In this document: one piece after another, positions 43,202 to 51,319 of the stretch
Layout of the letters: the number at the start of each line of letters is the position of its first letter
How positions within the stretch are numbered: position 1 is the stretch's first letter
Position numbers and translations under genes: made by a program
The notes under the pieces: generated by a model
The model's input: only the letters and a program-made list of their open reading frames with translations
Databases searched by the model: none
What the model was told of the DNA's origin: nothing
From: Candidatus Eiseniibacteriota bacterium
GTDB taxonomy: Bacteria > Eisenbacteria > RBG-16-71-46
Direction: 5' to 3'
DNA: 64,000 bases
Assembly: GCA_963776245.1 (NCBI GenBank)
Contig: CAVZLN010000003.1
Location: 320,001 to 384,000 of the forward strand

Positions 43202-46200
43202 CTACTTGTCCGGCGCGGGCTCCACCGACGGATCGTGGCACTGGACGCACAGATCGCGCTTCGGATCGTCCCGCAGCAACCCCTCGAACTCCGCGGCATG
43301 CGGCCGGTGACAGCTCACGCAATCGATCGGCTGACCGGTGCGCGGGTCGGGTCGCTTGCTCGTGGTCGGGTGGTAGTGCTTGGACAGATCGGAATGGCAC
43401 GTCTGGCACACCTCGGCCACGTCCTTGCCCACCATCAGCGCCTTGCTGTCGCTCGCATGCGGATCGTGGCAGGTGGCACAGCCGTTCTCGAGCGCCGCGT
43501 GCTTGAACTTGCCCTGCGTGAGCTTGCGATCGTGGCAGCTGAAGCACAGCCCGTCACCGGCCCGCGCCGTGAGCTTCGGACCCGAGCCGCCATGCGGATT
43601 GTGGCAGGCGAGGCACTGCTTCTCGCTCCTCACCGGCGCGTGCACGTTCAGGCGCGCGACCCAGGTCTTGGCCTGCTCGTGGCACTTGAAGCAGAGCTGC
43701 TGACCGGACACGAGCAGGGCCTTGCTGCCGCGCGCGGCATGGCACGAGGTGCATTCCCCGCGCACGAACGGCAGGTGGGGGAACGGCCGCATGAGCCCCT
43801 TCGCGGTCTTGGCCTGGACGTGGGGATCGTGACACGAGCCGCAGTCGACGGTCGCCAGCGCCATGCCCGGATGCTTGGCGATGAGCGCGGGCTTGGTGAG
43901 CGCGTGGCAGCCGGAACACACCGCGTTGCCGGCCTTGCGCGTGAGGGCCGGGTTGGCCGACCCATGCGGCGCGTGACAGGTGAGGCACAGCCCCATCGCC
44001 ACCGGCGGGTGCGGCTTGCCTGCGGCGATGCGTGCCGCGAGCTCGGTGTGGCAGCCCGCGCACAGATCGGCGGTCTTCTTCTTGAGGATGCCCACGCCCA
44101 CGCCCTGGTGCGGCTCGTGACACTTCGAGCACTCGCCATCCTTCACTGGCGCGTGACCGTGGGCGAGGTTCGCCTCGCGGGCGACCGACGCATGGCACGA
44201 CGCGCACAGGCGGTCCTGCGGCTTGAGGAGCAGCGCGGGCAGATCCGAGGCGTGCGGCGTGTGGCAGGCGACGCACCGTCCGGCCTTGACCGGTGGATGC
44301 ACCCGCGCGGTCGCGCTCCGGGGCCTGGCCACGTCATGGCAACGCCCGCACAGCGTGGCCAGCGGAGCCTGGAGGTTCTTCGCTCCCGGCACGCCCGGCC
44401 CGTGGCAGTTCGTGCACTTCTTCTCGGCGAATCCGGGATGGCTCTTCGCCGGCATGAGCGCGGCCGTCTTCGACTCGTGCGGGGTATGGCACGAGAGGCA
44501 CTTGCCCGCGGCGAGGTCGGCGCCGCCGTGCTTGGACTTGAAGTCGTCGTCCGCGGGGTCATGGCAGTCCGCGCACAGCGCGGGGACCGCCTTGAGGAGC
44601 GCGGGCGCGGCCGCGCCGCCGTGCGGGTCGTGGCATCCCAGGCAGTCCCCATTGGCGACCGGGGCGTGCACCTTGTCGCCGTTCTTGCCGATCATCAGGT
44701 GGCAGGTGACGCACAGCGCGCCGCCCTCGGCCTTGAGCAGCCGGGCGTTCGCCGAGCCATGGACCTCGTGGCACGACGTGCACCGGCCCTGCTTCGCGGC
44801 GGTGTGCGCCCCTTCGGACGCCACCTTCGCGGCGATGTCGTCATGGCATTGCGTGCACAGCTCGGGCGGCTTCTGGACCAGCAGCGCCTTGGTCTCCCCA
44901 CCGTGTCCGCCGTGGCAGTCCACGCACGCCCCGTCCGCCACCGGGGGATGCGGGTGCGCCGCCTTGAGCGACGCCCGCACCTCCTGGTGACAGCGCAGGC
45001 AGAGCTCGTTGCCCGGCTTGACGGCGAGCGCCGGGTTGTCGGATTGGTGCGGATCGTGGCATCCGGTGCAATTGCCGCCGCTGAAGGGCGTGTGGAGTTC
45101 CTTGCCCAGCAGCTTGCGCTGCGCGTCCGAGTGGCAGGTCAGACACAGTCCGCTCATGTCCTTGACGAGGAGGCGGTTCTCCTTGCTCGCGTGCGGGGCG
45201 TGGCAGCGCAGGCAGTCCTGCTTGGCCACCGGGGGATGCACACCCTTGCCCTCGCCGATGCGCTTGCCGAGGTCCGCGTGACAGGTCAGGCACATCGCGC
45301 CGTCCGCGGACCGCGTGAGCTTCGGATTCGCGGACCCGTGGGGATCGTGGCACGACGAGCACGATCCGTCCTTGAACGCCTGGTGCACGACCGGGCCGCC
45401 CGGATCGGTCACCACGTCCTCATGACACTGGCCGCAGAGGACCGACTGGCGTTCCTTGAGGAGCTTGCCGGCCTTGCCGCCGCGGTGCGGATCGTGGCAG
45501 CTCAGGCAGTCGCCGTCCGCCGCGGGCGGGTGCGGCGACTTGCGGGTCGCGACGTCCGCGAGCGCGCCGTGACAGGTGGTGCAGAGCGCGGGCACCGGCG
45601 CCACGAGCGCCTTGGTGACCACTTTGCCCTCGAGCACGTGGCACGCGTCGCACTGGCCCGCGGCCACCGGGGCGTGCGCCCCCGCGCGTTCGAGCTTGGG
45701 CGCGGCCGAGGCATGGGCCGAGTGACAGTCCAGACAGGCGAGCCCGCCGCGGTTCAGTTTCGCGTGCCCGGCCGCGACCGCGGAGCCGGGGTGGCAGGTC
45801 GCGCACAGCGCTTCACCGTCGAGCTTCAGGAGGCCGGCGTTCGGGCCGCCGTGCGGCAGGTGACACGCTTCGCAGTCGCCCCGGGCGAAGGGGACGTGCT
45901 GGTCGGCCAGCTTGGACTCCTGCGCGGTCGCGTCATGGCATCCGAAGCACGTCCGCGCGGGGCCGCCCTCGCGCACGAGCTTCGCCAGATCCGACGCGTG
46001 CGGGTCGTGGCAGCCGAGACAGTCGCCCGCGGCGAAGGCCGCATGTGCGTGCGCCGGAGCGGTGCCCGCCTTGAGGTCGGCATGGCAGTCGAAGCACAAC
46101 TCCTTCGCGCTCTTCTTGAGCACCAGCTTCTGGCTGAAGCCGTGGCTCAGGTGGCACGCGGCACAGTCGTTCTTCCGGACCGGCGCGTGCACGACCTTCT

Positions 46201-46363
46201 TCGCGAACGCCTTCTTCGCTTCCTGGTGGCAGTCGTAGCAGGTGCGCGCGGGCGCGGTCTTGGCGGAGGCCTTGAGCTGCAGCATGCCGGCCAGCGCGGC
46301 GACCGCGGCGAGGGCCAGGACGGCGACGAGCGCGCGGCGGACGCGCGGGGCCCGGGCGGTCAT
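43202..46363 (-). CDS. Giant exported multiheme c-type cytochrome, 42 CxxCH motifs (paired-CXXCH family)
   Basis: N-terminal signal/anchor. I counted 42 CxxCH in 1053 aa, mostly alternating CxxCH...HxP and CxxCHxPH. Confidence 0.95.
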   Translation of the reverse strand: MTARAPRVRRALVAVLALAAVAALAGMLQLKASAKTAPARTCYDCHQEAKKAFAKKVVHAPVRKNDCAACHLSHGFSQKLVLKKSAKELCFDCHADLKAGTAPAHAHAAFAAGDCLGCHDPHASDLAKLVREGGPARTCFGCHDATAQESKLADQHVPFARGDCEACHLPHGGPNAGLLKLDGEALCATCHPGSAVAAGHAKLNRGGLACLDCHSAHASAAPKLERAGAHAPVAAGQCDACHVLEGKVVTKALVAPVPALCTTCHGALADVATRKSPHPPAADGDCLSCHDPHRGGKAGKLLKERQSVLCGQCHEDVVTDPGGPVVHQAFKDGSCSSCHDPHGSANPKLTRSADGAMCLTCHADLGKRIGEGKGVHPPVAKQDCLRCHAPHASKENRLLVKDMSGLCLTCHSDAQRKLLGKELHTPFSGGNCTGCHDPHQSDNPALAVKPGNELCLRCHQEVRASLKAAHPHPPVADGACVDCHGGHGGETKALLVQKPPELCTQCHDDIAAKVASEGAHTAAKQGRCTSCHEVHGSANARLLKAEGGALCVTCHLMIGKNGDKVHAPVANGDCLGCHDPHGGAAAPALLKAVPALCADCHDPADDDFKSKHGGADLAAGKCLSCHTPHESKTAALMPAKSHPGFAEKKCTNCHGPGVPGAKNLQAPLATLCGRCHDVARPRSATARVHPPVKAGRCVACHTPHASDLPALLLKPQDRLCASCHASVAREANLAHGHAPVKDGECSKCHEPHQGVGVGILKKKTADLCAGCHTELAARIAAGKPHPPVAMGLCLTCHAPHGSANPALTRKAGNAVCSGCHALTKPALIAKHPGMALATVDCGSCHDPHVQAKTAKGLMRPFPHLPFVRGECTSCHAARGSKALLVSGQQLCFKCHEQAKTWVARLNVHAPVRSEKQCLACHNPHGGSGPKLTARAGDGLCFSCHDRKLTQGKFKHAALENGCATCHDPHASDSKALMVGKDVAEVCQTCHSDLSKHYHPTTSKRPDPRTGQPIDCVSCHRPHAAEFEGLLRDDPKRDLCVQCHDPSVEPAPDK

Positions 46364-46845
46364 GGCTTCTGGACCGGCGCGACCTTCGACGAGTCGCGTC
46401 GGGCGACGATGGGCTCGTGATTGTCGAAATCGATCCGCAGGATCTTGAAGGCCAGCAGCGACCGGCGGCCGAAGTGCGGCGGCATGTTGAGGAACGCCCA
46501 GGTGGTGTCGTCGGGCGCGCCATTCTTGCGCACGAAGATGCGCAGCGCCGGGTTGTTGGGGGAGTTCGAGGCCGAGACGATCTTCCGCGTCTTCATGTCC
46601 ATGGTGAAGTCGGGCAGGAACTCGCGGACCCGCGCCGTGTACTCCGTGTCACCGATGCGGAACTCCTCGTCGAGGCGGACGGTGGCCTCGTCGTAGAAGC
46701 CCTTGAACACGCGATGGCCGACGCCGACCTTGACCGTCTTCACGCGCAGCTTCTGTGCCGCGGAGACGGCCGCCTCACCGAGCGCGGGGACGGCCAGCGC
46801 CGCGGCCAACACCACCACCCACCACACCCCACCACGGCCCTTCAT
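46360..46845 (-). CDS. Small exported protein with a ResB-like beta motif
   Basis: Signal peptide; 'VREFLPDFTMD...VSASNSPNNPALRI'; ATGA overlaps on both sides. Confidence 0.7.
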   Translation of the reverse strand: MKGRGGVWWVVVLAAALAVPALGEAAVSAAQKLRVKTVKVGVGHRVFKGFYDEATVRLDEEFRIGDTEYTARVREFLPDFTMDMKTRKIVSASNSPNNPALRIFVRKNGAPDDTTWAFLNMPPHFGRRSLLAFKILRIDFDNHEPIVARRDSSKVAPVQKP

Positions 46846-47477
46846 GGCTTCCCTCCAGGGGCCGGCAAGGAGTCCGGACCCGCCGGGAGCCGGAACCGGC
46901 GGAACAGCTCCTCCGCGGTCTGCTCCGTGAGCCGCTCCAGACTGTGCACGCGTCCCCAATTGAATACCGTTTCGCGATCCTCACCACTGCGTACCCGCAT
47001 GGCGGTCCAGACCACACGGCCATCGGCACCACTCAGCAATCGCATCGAGACCCCGACGCTCGGCACATCGCCCTCCGGGGTGCGCACCGACTCGCAATTG
47101 AGGATGGCGCCCGTCATCAGATAGGCGGCCCTCAGGCGCTCGGCGAGTTTCACCGCCTGTTCGCTGGTGAGCATGCCGGTGGTGCGGATGCGGAACTGGC
47201 TCAGCCCGGCCTCGACGTCGCCGGGCTCCACCATCTCGCACGCGCCCGTCCGCCCGAGCGCGCCGAAGAACACGCGGGTGACCATCTCGCCCGGCTCGGC
47301 GCGGCCCGACAGGTTCTCGAGCGGCAGCATCGCCACCCTCTGCAGCGCGGGCGCGCCGGGCGCCCCGGGCGCGCCGGGCGCCATCACCGGCGCCGGCGCG
47401 GTCGCCGCGCAGCCGGCGACCGCGAGCGCCAGGGCCGCCGATCCCATCCACCGGAGCATGCTCATGCGCGCGCCCAT
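46842..47477 (-). CDS. CsgG/GNA1162-like lipoprotein
   Basis: Lipobox 'AVAGC', 'RVAMLPLENLS', 'LMTGAI', 'MRLL...DGRVVW'. Confidence 0.72.
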   Translation of the reverse strand: MGARMSMLRWMGSAALALAVAGCAATAPAPVMAPGAPGAPGAPALQRVAMLPLENLSGRAEPGEMVTRVFFGALGRTGACEMVEPGDVEAGLSQFRIRTTGMLTSEQAVKLAERLRAAYLMTGAILNCESVRTPEGDVPSVGVSMRLLSGADGRVVWTAMRVRSGEDRETVFNWGRVHSLERLTEQTAEELFRRFRLPAGPDSLPAPGGKP

Positions 47478-47482
47478 GGCGG

Positions 47483-48085
47483 TCAGAACGCCTTCTGCTG
47501 CAACAGCGCCACCGCTCTCTGGCACGCTTCCTCCGTCACCCGGCCGAACGAGCGCGAGCTCGCGCCGCCGATGACCGGCAGCCGTCCGCGGCCCTTGCCC
47601 GTCACCGAGATCCGCCACACCGTGTTCCCGGTCTGCACGTCCACCAGCTCGGCATCGAACGACACCACCGGGAAGTCCTCGCCACCGACACGCTGAGTGC
47701 CGTATTCGGTCACCGCGCCGCGGATGATGCCGGTGGCCTGCACCTTCTCGGCGGCGTCCTTGAGCTTGCCCGCATCCACGTTGCCCTGCATGTCGGGGAT
47801 GGCGCCGATGCGGCTGAGTTCGCCCGCGAAGGCCGCGGGATCCACCAGCTGGAAGCGGTCGGCGATCACCAGTTCGGTCACCATCGCGCGCGTCACGCGC
47901 GCGCCCGCGTACGGGTCGCCGCCCAGGCTGGCGAAGGGCAGCACCGCCACCCGCTTGTAGAACGTCATGTCGGCGAGGCGATTCACGTAGAGCCGCGGGG
48001 CCGCCGCGCAGCCCGTGATGGACACGGCGGACGCGGCGGCGATCGCGAGCGCAACCCAACGCTTCTTCCATGCAGGCATCGTCAT
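47483..48085 (-). CDS. CsgG/GNA1162-like lipoprotein
   Basis: Lipobox 'SITGC', 'RVAVLPF', 'IIRGAVTEYG', 'AELVDVQTGNTVW'. Confidence 0.75.
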   Translation of the reverse strand: MTMPAWKKRWVALAIAAASAVSITGCAAAPRLYVNRLADMTFYKRVAVLPFASLGGDPYAGARVTRAMVTELVIADRFQLVDPAAFAGELSRIGAIPDMQGNVDAGKLKDAAEKVQATGIIRGAVTEYGTQRVGGEDFPVVSFDAELVDVQTGNTVWRISVTGKGRGRLPVIGGASSRSFGRVTEEACQRAVALLQQKAF

Positions 48086-49800
48086 CTCCCGAAGGACATC
48101 GTGAGGCTGGCATCGTACTGCCGGGACTCGCTCGGGGCGCCGTGATCGGCCACGCTCGCCCCGCCATTCAACGTGAGCCGCCGCGACAGCGCGCCGGCCA
48201 CTCGCGCACCCATGATCTCGCGGCCCGAGAGCTGGTTCGCCACCACGTCGGTGCGGGACTCCTCGCTCCGGGTCCAGTTGCCGGAGAACTGCCATTGCGG
48301 CAGCGGCGACCAACGCGCCGACGCCGTCCGCATCGAGGTGCGGGGATTCTCCCTGGAGAACGTCTCGTTCTGCGAATACGAACCTACCATCTCAAGAGTC
48401 CGGACCGGTTGCCAGCGGACGTCCACCGTTTGGGACCGCGAGTGCGCCGTGGCGCTGCCCAGCCGCGGCCCGACGCGGTAGATGCGAGTCGCGTATCCCA
48501 GCCTCAGGCTGCGCAGCGGGTCGGCATTCAGCCGTCCGCTCGCGTCGGTGTTCCAGCGCTGGTCCCGTGAGGCCGTGTCGCCACTCGCCGCCACCTGGAC
48601 GTAACCCTCCGCTTCGAGCCCGCGGGCCAGCTTCATGCGCGAGGACCCGCGGACCATCTCGGCCCAGAACGCGCCGCGCACCGGGTCCCAGTTGGTGGTG
48701 TGGGAGGCGCTCGCGACGCCATACCAGCCCGGGCGGACGTTGCCCTCGCCCGAGGCGACCGCGGTGGCGTAGCGGAGCAGGTCCTGTCCGTTTCCGGAAT
48801 TCACGGTCCGGGCCCCCGCGCCGGCCGTGAGTCGGACGCCGCGTGTGGGAGCGACATTGAAGTAGAGCGAGCCGTCCTGGTCGGTGGAGTTGAACCGGCG
48901 ACTGGTCACGGACGACGAGTGGCGCACGACGTAACTGGCGCTCAGATCGGTGATGAGCGAGGGACGCCAGGTCCCGCTCAGATTGCCGCCCTGGGTGCGC
49001 GACGTGTTGGTGGTCAGGCCGCCCCGCCGGTTGCGGGTGTCGCCGATGTCGTACGCCAGGCCCAGATTGCTGTTCGGGGTCGGCGCCATGTTGAGGCTGG
49101 CCCCGGCGCTGGCCACGCGCTGAGTGGCGACGACCGGGTCGCTTCCCTTGGGCTCGCGCCGCTGGTCGCCCAGCGAGCCGAAGAACGAGACCGGGCCGAG
49201 CTCGTACGCGGCGTGCGCGTTGCGGTTCACCGCCGTCTCATCGGGGCTCATCAGGTCCGCGGCGCGGTGGCGCCGCGCCCACGACAGGTCGACCCGCGGC
49301 AAGCTCGGCACGAAGACCGCCGCGCCCAATTGGGTGTCCTGGGTCTTGGCCGTGAAGCTCAGGATGCGCGCCGTGTCTCCGGGCTGGCTGAGGCCGCCCG
49401 GACTCACCCCGATCGTCGCCGAGGCCGGGCTGTGCGTGCCGTAGAGCGAGAAGACGGAGTGATTGAGGCGCAGGCTCCCCGCCGCGGTGCGGCTCGCGTC
49501 GGGCAGCTTCACGTAGGCGAGGTCCGTATAGCGCAGGTTCGACACCAGCTGCAGGTTCGGCCGCAGGAAGGCCTGGTGATTGAGATCGTAGGTCTGGATC
49601 CAGAACTCGCGCGCCCGGGTGACCATCCTCGACGTGCCATCCGGGTTCGTCACCCGGAGCGATTGCTCGTACCGCTGGTATTGCCCGGTCACGAAGCCAT
49701 ACGCGCCTTGCGCGCGCGCAGACCCCGCATGGACCAGCAGCGCGAGCAGCGCCACCGCGAGCGCGGATCGCGCCCCGCCCGTTCTGCTCTCACCGCGCAT
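48082..49800 (-). CDS. Outer-membrane beta-barrel protein
   Basis: Signal peptide, Ser/Thr/Gly-rich amphipathic beta-strands with aromatic girdle residues, C-terminal 'YDASLTMSF'. Confidence 0.75.
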   Translation of the reverse strand: MRGESRTGGARSALAVALLALLVHAGSARAQGAYGFVTGQYQRYEQSLRVTNPDGTSRMVTRAREFWIQTYDLNHQAFLRPNLQLVSNLRYTDLAYVKLPDASRTAAGSLRLNHSVFSLYGTHSPASATIGVSPGGLSQPGDTARILSFTAKTQDTQLGAAVFVPSLPRVDLSWARRHRAADLMSPDETAVNRNAHAAYELGPVSFFGSLGDQRREPKGSDPVVATQRVASAGASLNMAPTPNSNLGLAYDIGDTRNRRGGLTTNTSRTQGGNLSGTWRPSLITDLSASYVVRHSSSVTSRRFNSTDQDGSLYFNVAPTRGVRLTAGAGARTVNSGNGQDLLRYATAVASGEGNVRPGWYGVASASHTTNWDPVRGAFWAEMVRGSSRMKLARGLEAEGYVQVAASGDTASRDQRWNTDASGRLNADPLRSLRLGYATRIYRVGPRLGSATAHSRSQTVDVRWQPVRTLEMVGSYSQNETFSRENPRTSMRTASARWSPLPQWQFSGNWTRSEESRTDVVANQLSGREIMGARVAGALSRRLTLNGGASVADHGAPSESRQYDASLTMSFGR

Positions 49801-51214
49801 AGTTGATGGTGTAGGTCTCGCTGCCGTGGCACGTCGGCGTGCACGTCCCTCCGGTCGTCGTCTCGGTGTAGGCCTGCATCCCCGGCGTGCGGCCGGTGAT
49901 GATCAGGTGCTTGCGCGTGGTGGATCCGTGGGTGGTGTGGCAGGCGTAGCACGGGTAGCGCTCGCTGCCCACGTGCGAGGCATGGCCCCGGCTGAACCCG
50001 GGCGGGTTGAAGCGCGAATAACCCTTGGTGGTCGAGCTCGAGGCGCTGTTCGCGTAGACGTCGTACCTGTGACACACGAAGCAGATCTCGTTCGAGGCCA
50101 TGGTGCGGCTCGCCGACGACGCGGTGTACGGCGCCTTGAGGATGTAGCGGTTGGCCGATCCATGCGGCCCGCGCGTGGTGCCGAAATCGCTGCCGTGACA
50201 GTCGGTGCAGCGCGTGGTGGAGAGCGCGCTCCACCCGGTCACGAACGCGAGCATATTGATGTTGGTATTGCGCCCGAGACCCTCGATCGGATGGAACGAG
50301 GGATTCGCGGGATTGAGCACGCGCGCCATGTCGGTCTGGCCCGCCGGCTGCGTGGTCCAGGAGGAGTGGCACTTGAAACACAGCGAGTACTCGGCGGTCG
50401 GCGCGGAGAGCGTGTCCGAGCCGGGCACGAAGGTGTAGCTCGGCGCGCTGCCAGCCGCGCCGTTGAGAACGGTCACGCGGCTCGCGCCCAGGATCCTCTT
50501 CGACGCGTCGCTCCCGGACGGCGGGAAGAAGTCGGCCCGCGAGACGTGCGGATCGTGGCAGTCCGGGCACTCGGCGTGACGCCGGTTGACCGGCGTGGTG
50601 CCGAAATCGGAAGGCAGCGACTCGAGCGGCCCGGTGTGACGGCCGGTGTAGTCGGTCACGGGGTGACGGTAGGTCTTCTGGACCTCGAGTTGGATGTTGG
50701 TGAGCGCCGGGCTGCCGTCGTGGCACGTGAGGCAGAGCTTCTCCTCGCGCTGGAGCATCAGGAACGGGATGGTCCCGCTGACATCGGACCAGCCGTGCGG
50801 GTCGTGGCAATTGAGACATTTTCCCGCGGCATCGGGCTCGATGCGCTGGGGAGGGATGGGCCCCGGCCAGATCATCGAGGACTTCGAGCCGTGCCCGGTC
50901 CCCGAGAACAGGGCCTGTCCCGCCAGTGACCCGCCCGCCCAGGGCGTGGCGTGGCAGGTGAGGCACAGCGCGTTGTCGTCGGGGGCCATCAGCAGATTGC
51001 CGAGGGGCGCGGGCTGCCCTTCTCCGTGCATCGAGTGGCAGCGGTCGCAGTCGCCCACGTGCGGGCCCGTACCGAGGATGCTCGAGATCTGCTCGGGCGC
51101 GCGGGGTGGACGCAATCGGGGCGCGGCCGACATCAGCACCAGCGCGGCGGCGGCGGCGAGCACTGCCGGTAGGACTCTGCCGCGGAATCCGTCGCTCCCT
51201 GCCCACTCGCGCAT
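49790..51214 (-). CDS. Exported multiheme cytochrome c (9 CxxCH plus one CxxxCH)
   Basis: CDRCH, CLTCH, CLNCH, CLTCH, CPDCH, CFKCH, CTDCH, CFVCH, CYACH and terminal CTPTCH; signal peptide. Start ATG 51214 after GGAG. Confidence 0.92.
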   Translation of the reverse strand: MREWAGSDGFRGRVLPAVLAAAAALVLMSAAPRLRPPRAPEQISSILGTGPHVGDCDRCHSMHGEGQPAPLGNLLMAPDDNALCLTCHATPWAGGSLAGQALFSGTGHGSKSSMIWPGPIPPQRIEPDAAGKCLNCHDPHGWSDVSGTIPFLMLQREEKLCLTCHDGSPALTNIQLEVQKTYRHPVTDYTGRHTGPLESLPSDFGTTPVNRRHAECPDCHDPHVSRADFFPPSGSDASKRILGASRVTVLNGAAGSAPSYTFVPGSDTLSAPTAEYSLCFKCHSSWTTQPAGQTDMARVLNPANPSFHPIEGLGRNTNINMLAFVTGWSALSTTRCTDCHGSDFGTTRGPHGSANRYILKAPYTASSASRTMASNEICFVCHRYDVYANSASSSTTKGYSRFNPPGFSRGHASHVGSERYPCYACHTTHGSTTRKHLIITGRTPGMQAYTETTTGGTCTPTCHGSETYTINYAR

Positions 51215-51242
51215 GATCATCTCCGGCTCGTGCACAACGGTG

Positions 51243-51268
51243 CGGTGCGGACCCGAAGGTCCGCACCG
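51243..51268 (-). promoter_or_regulatory. Intercistronic C(UUCG)G hairpin, likely mRNA stabiliser or attenuator
   Basis: Perfect 11-bp stem CGGTGCGGACC-TTCG-GGTCCGCACCG with no U-tract. Confidence 0.65.
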
Positions 51269-51319
51269 TCCATTCAGGATCGGGCTGCGGCCGCCCGCTC
51301 CGTCGTCAACAATTCCGGA

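Noticed and set aside
43202..46363. Recurring 'ggatcgtggca'-like DNA repeats as a possible CRISPR array
   Set aside because: They encode the CHDPH heme motifs and are not identical repeats with unique spacers.
43154..46420. 1088-aa plus-strand ORF and other long antisense ORFs (e.g. 21124..23769, 27308..29683, 53982..56351)
   Set aside because: Shadow frames of well-supported genes in high-GC DNA, Arg/Ala/Gly-rich and without motifs.
47345..47400. GC-rich short tandem repeat
   Set aside because: It encodes the PGAPGAPGA linker of a lipoprotein.
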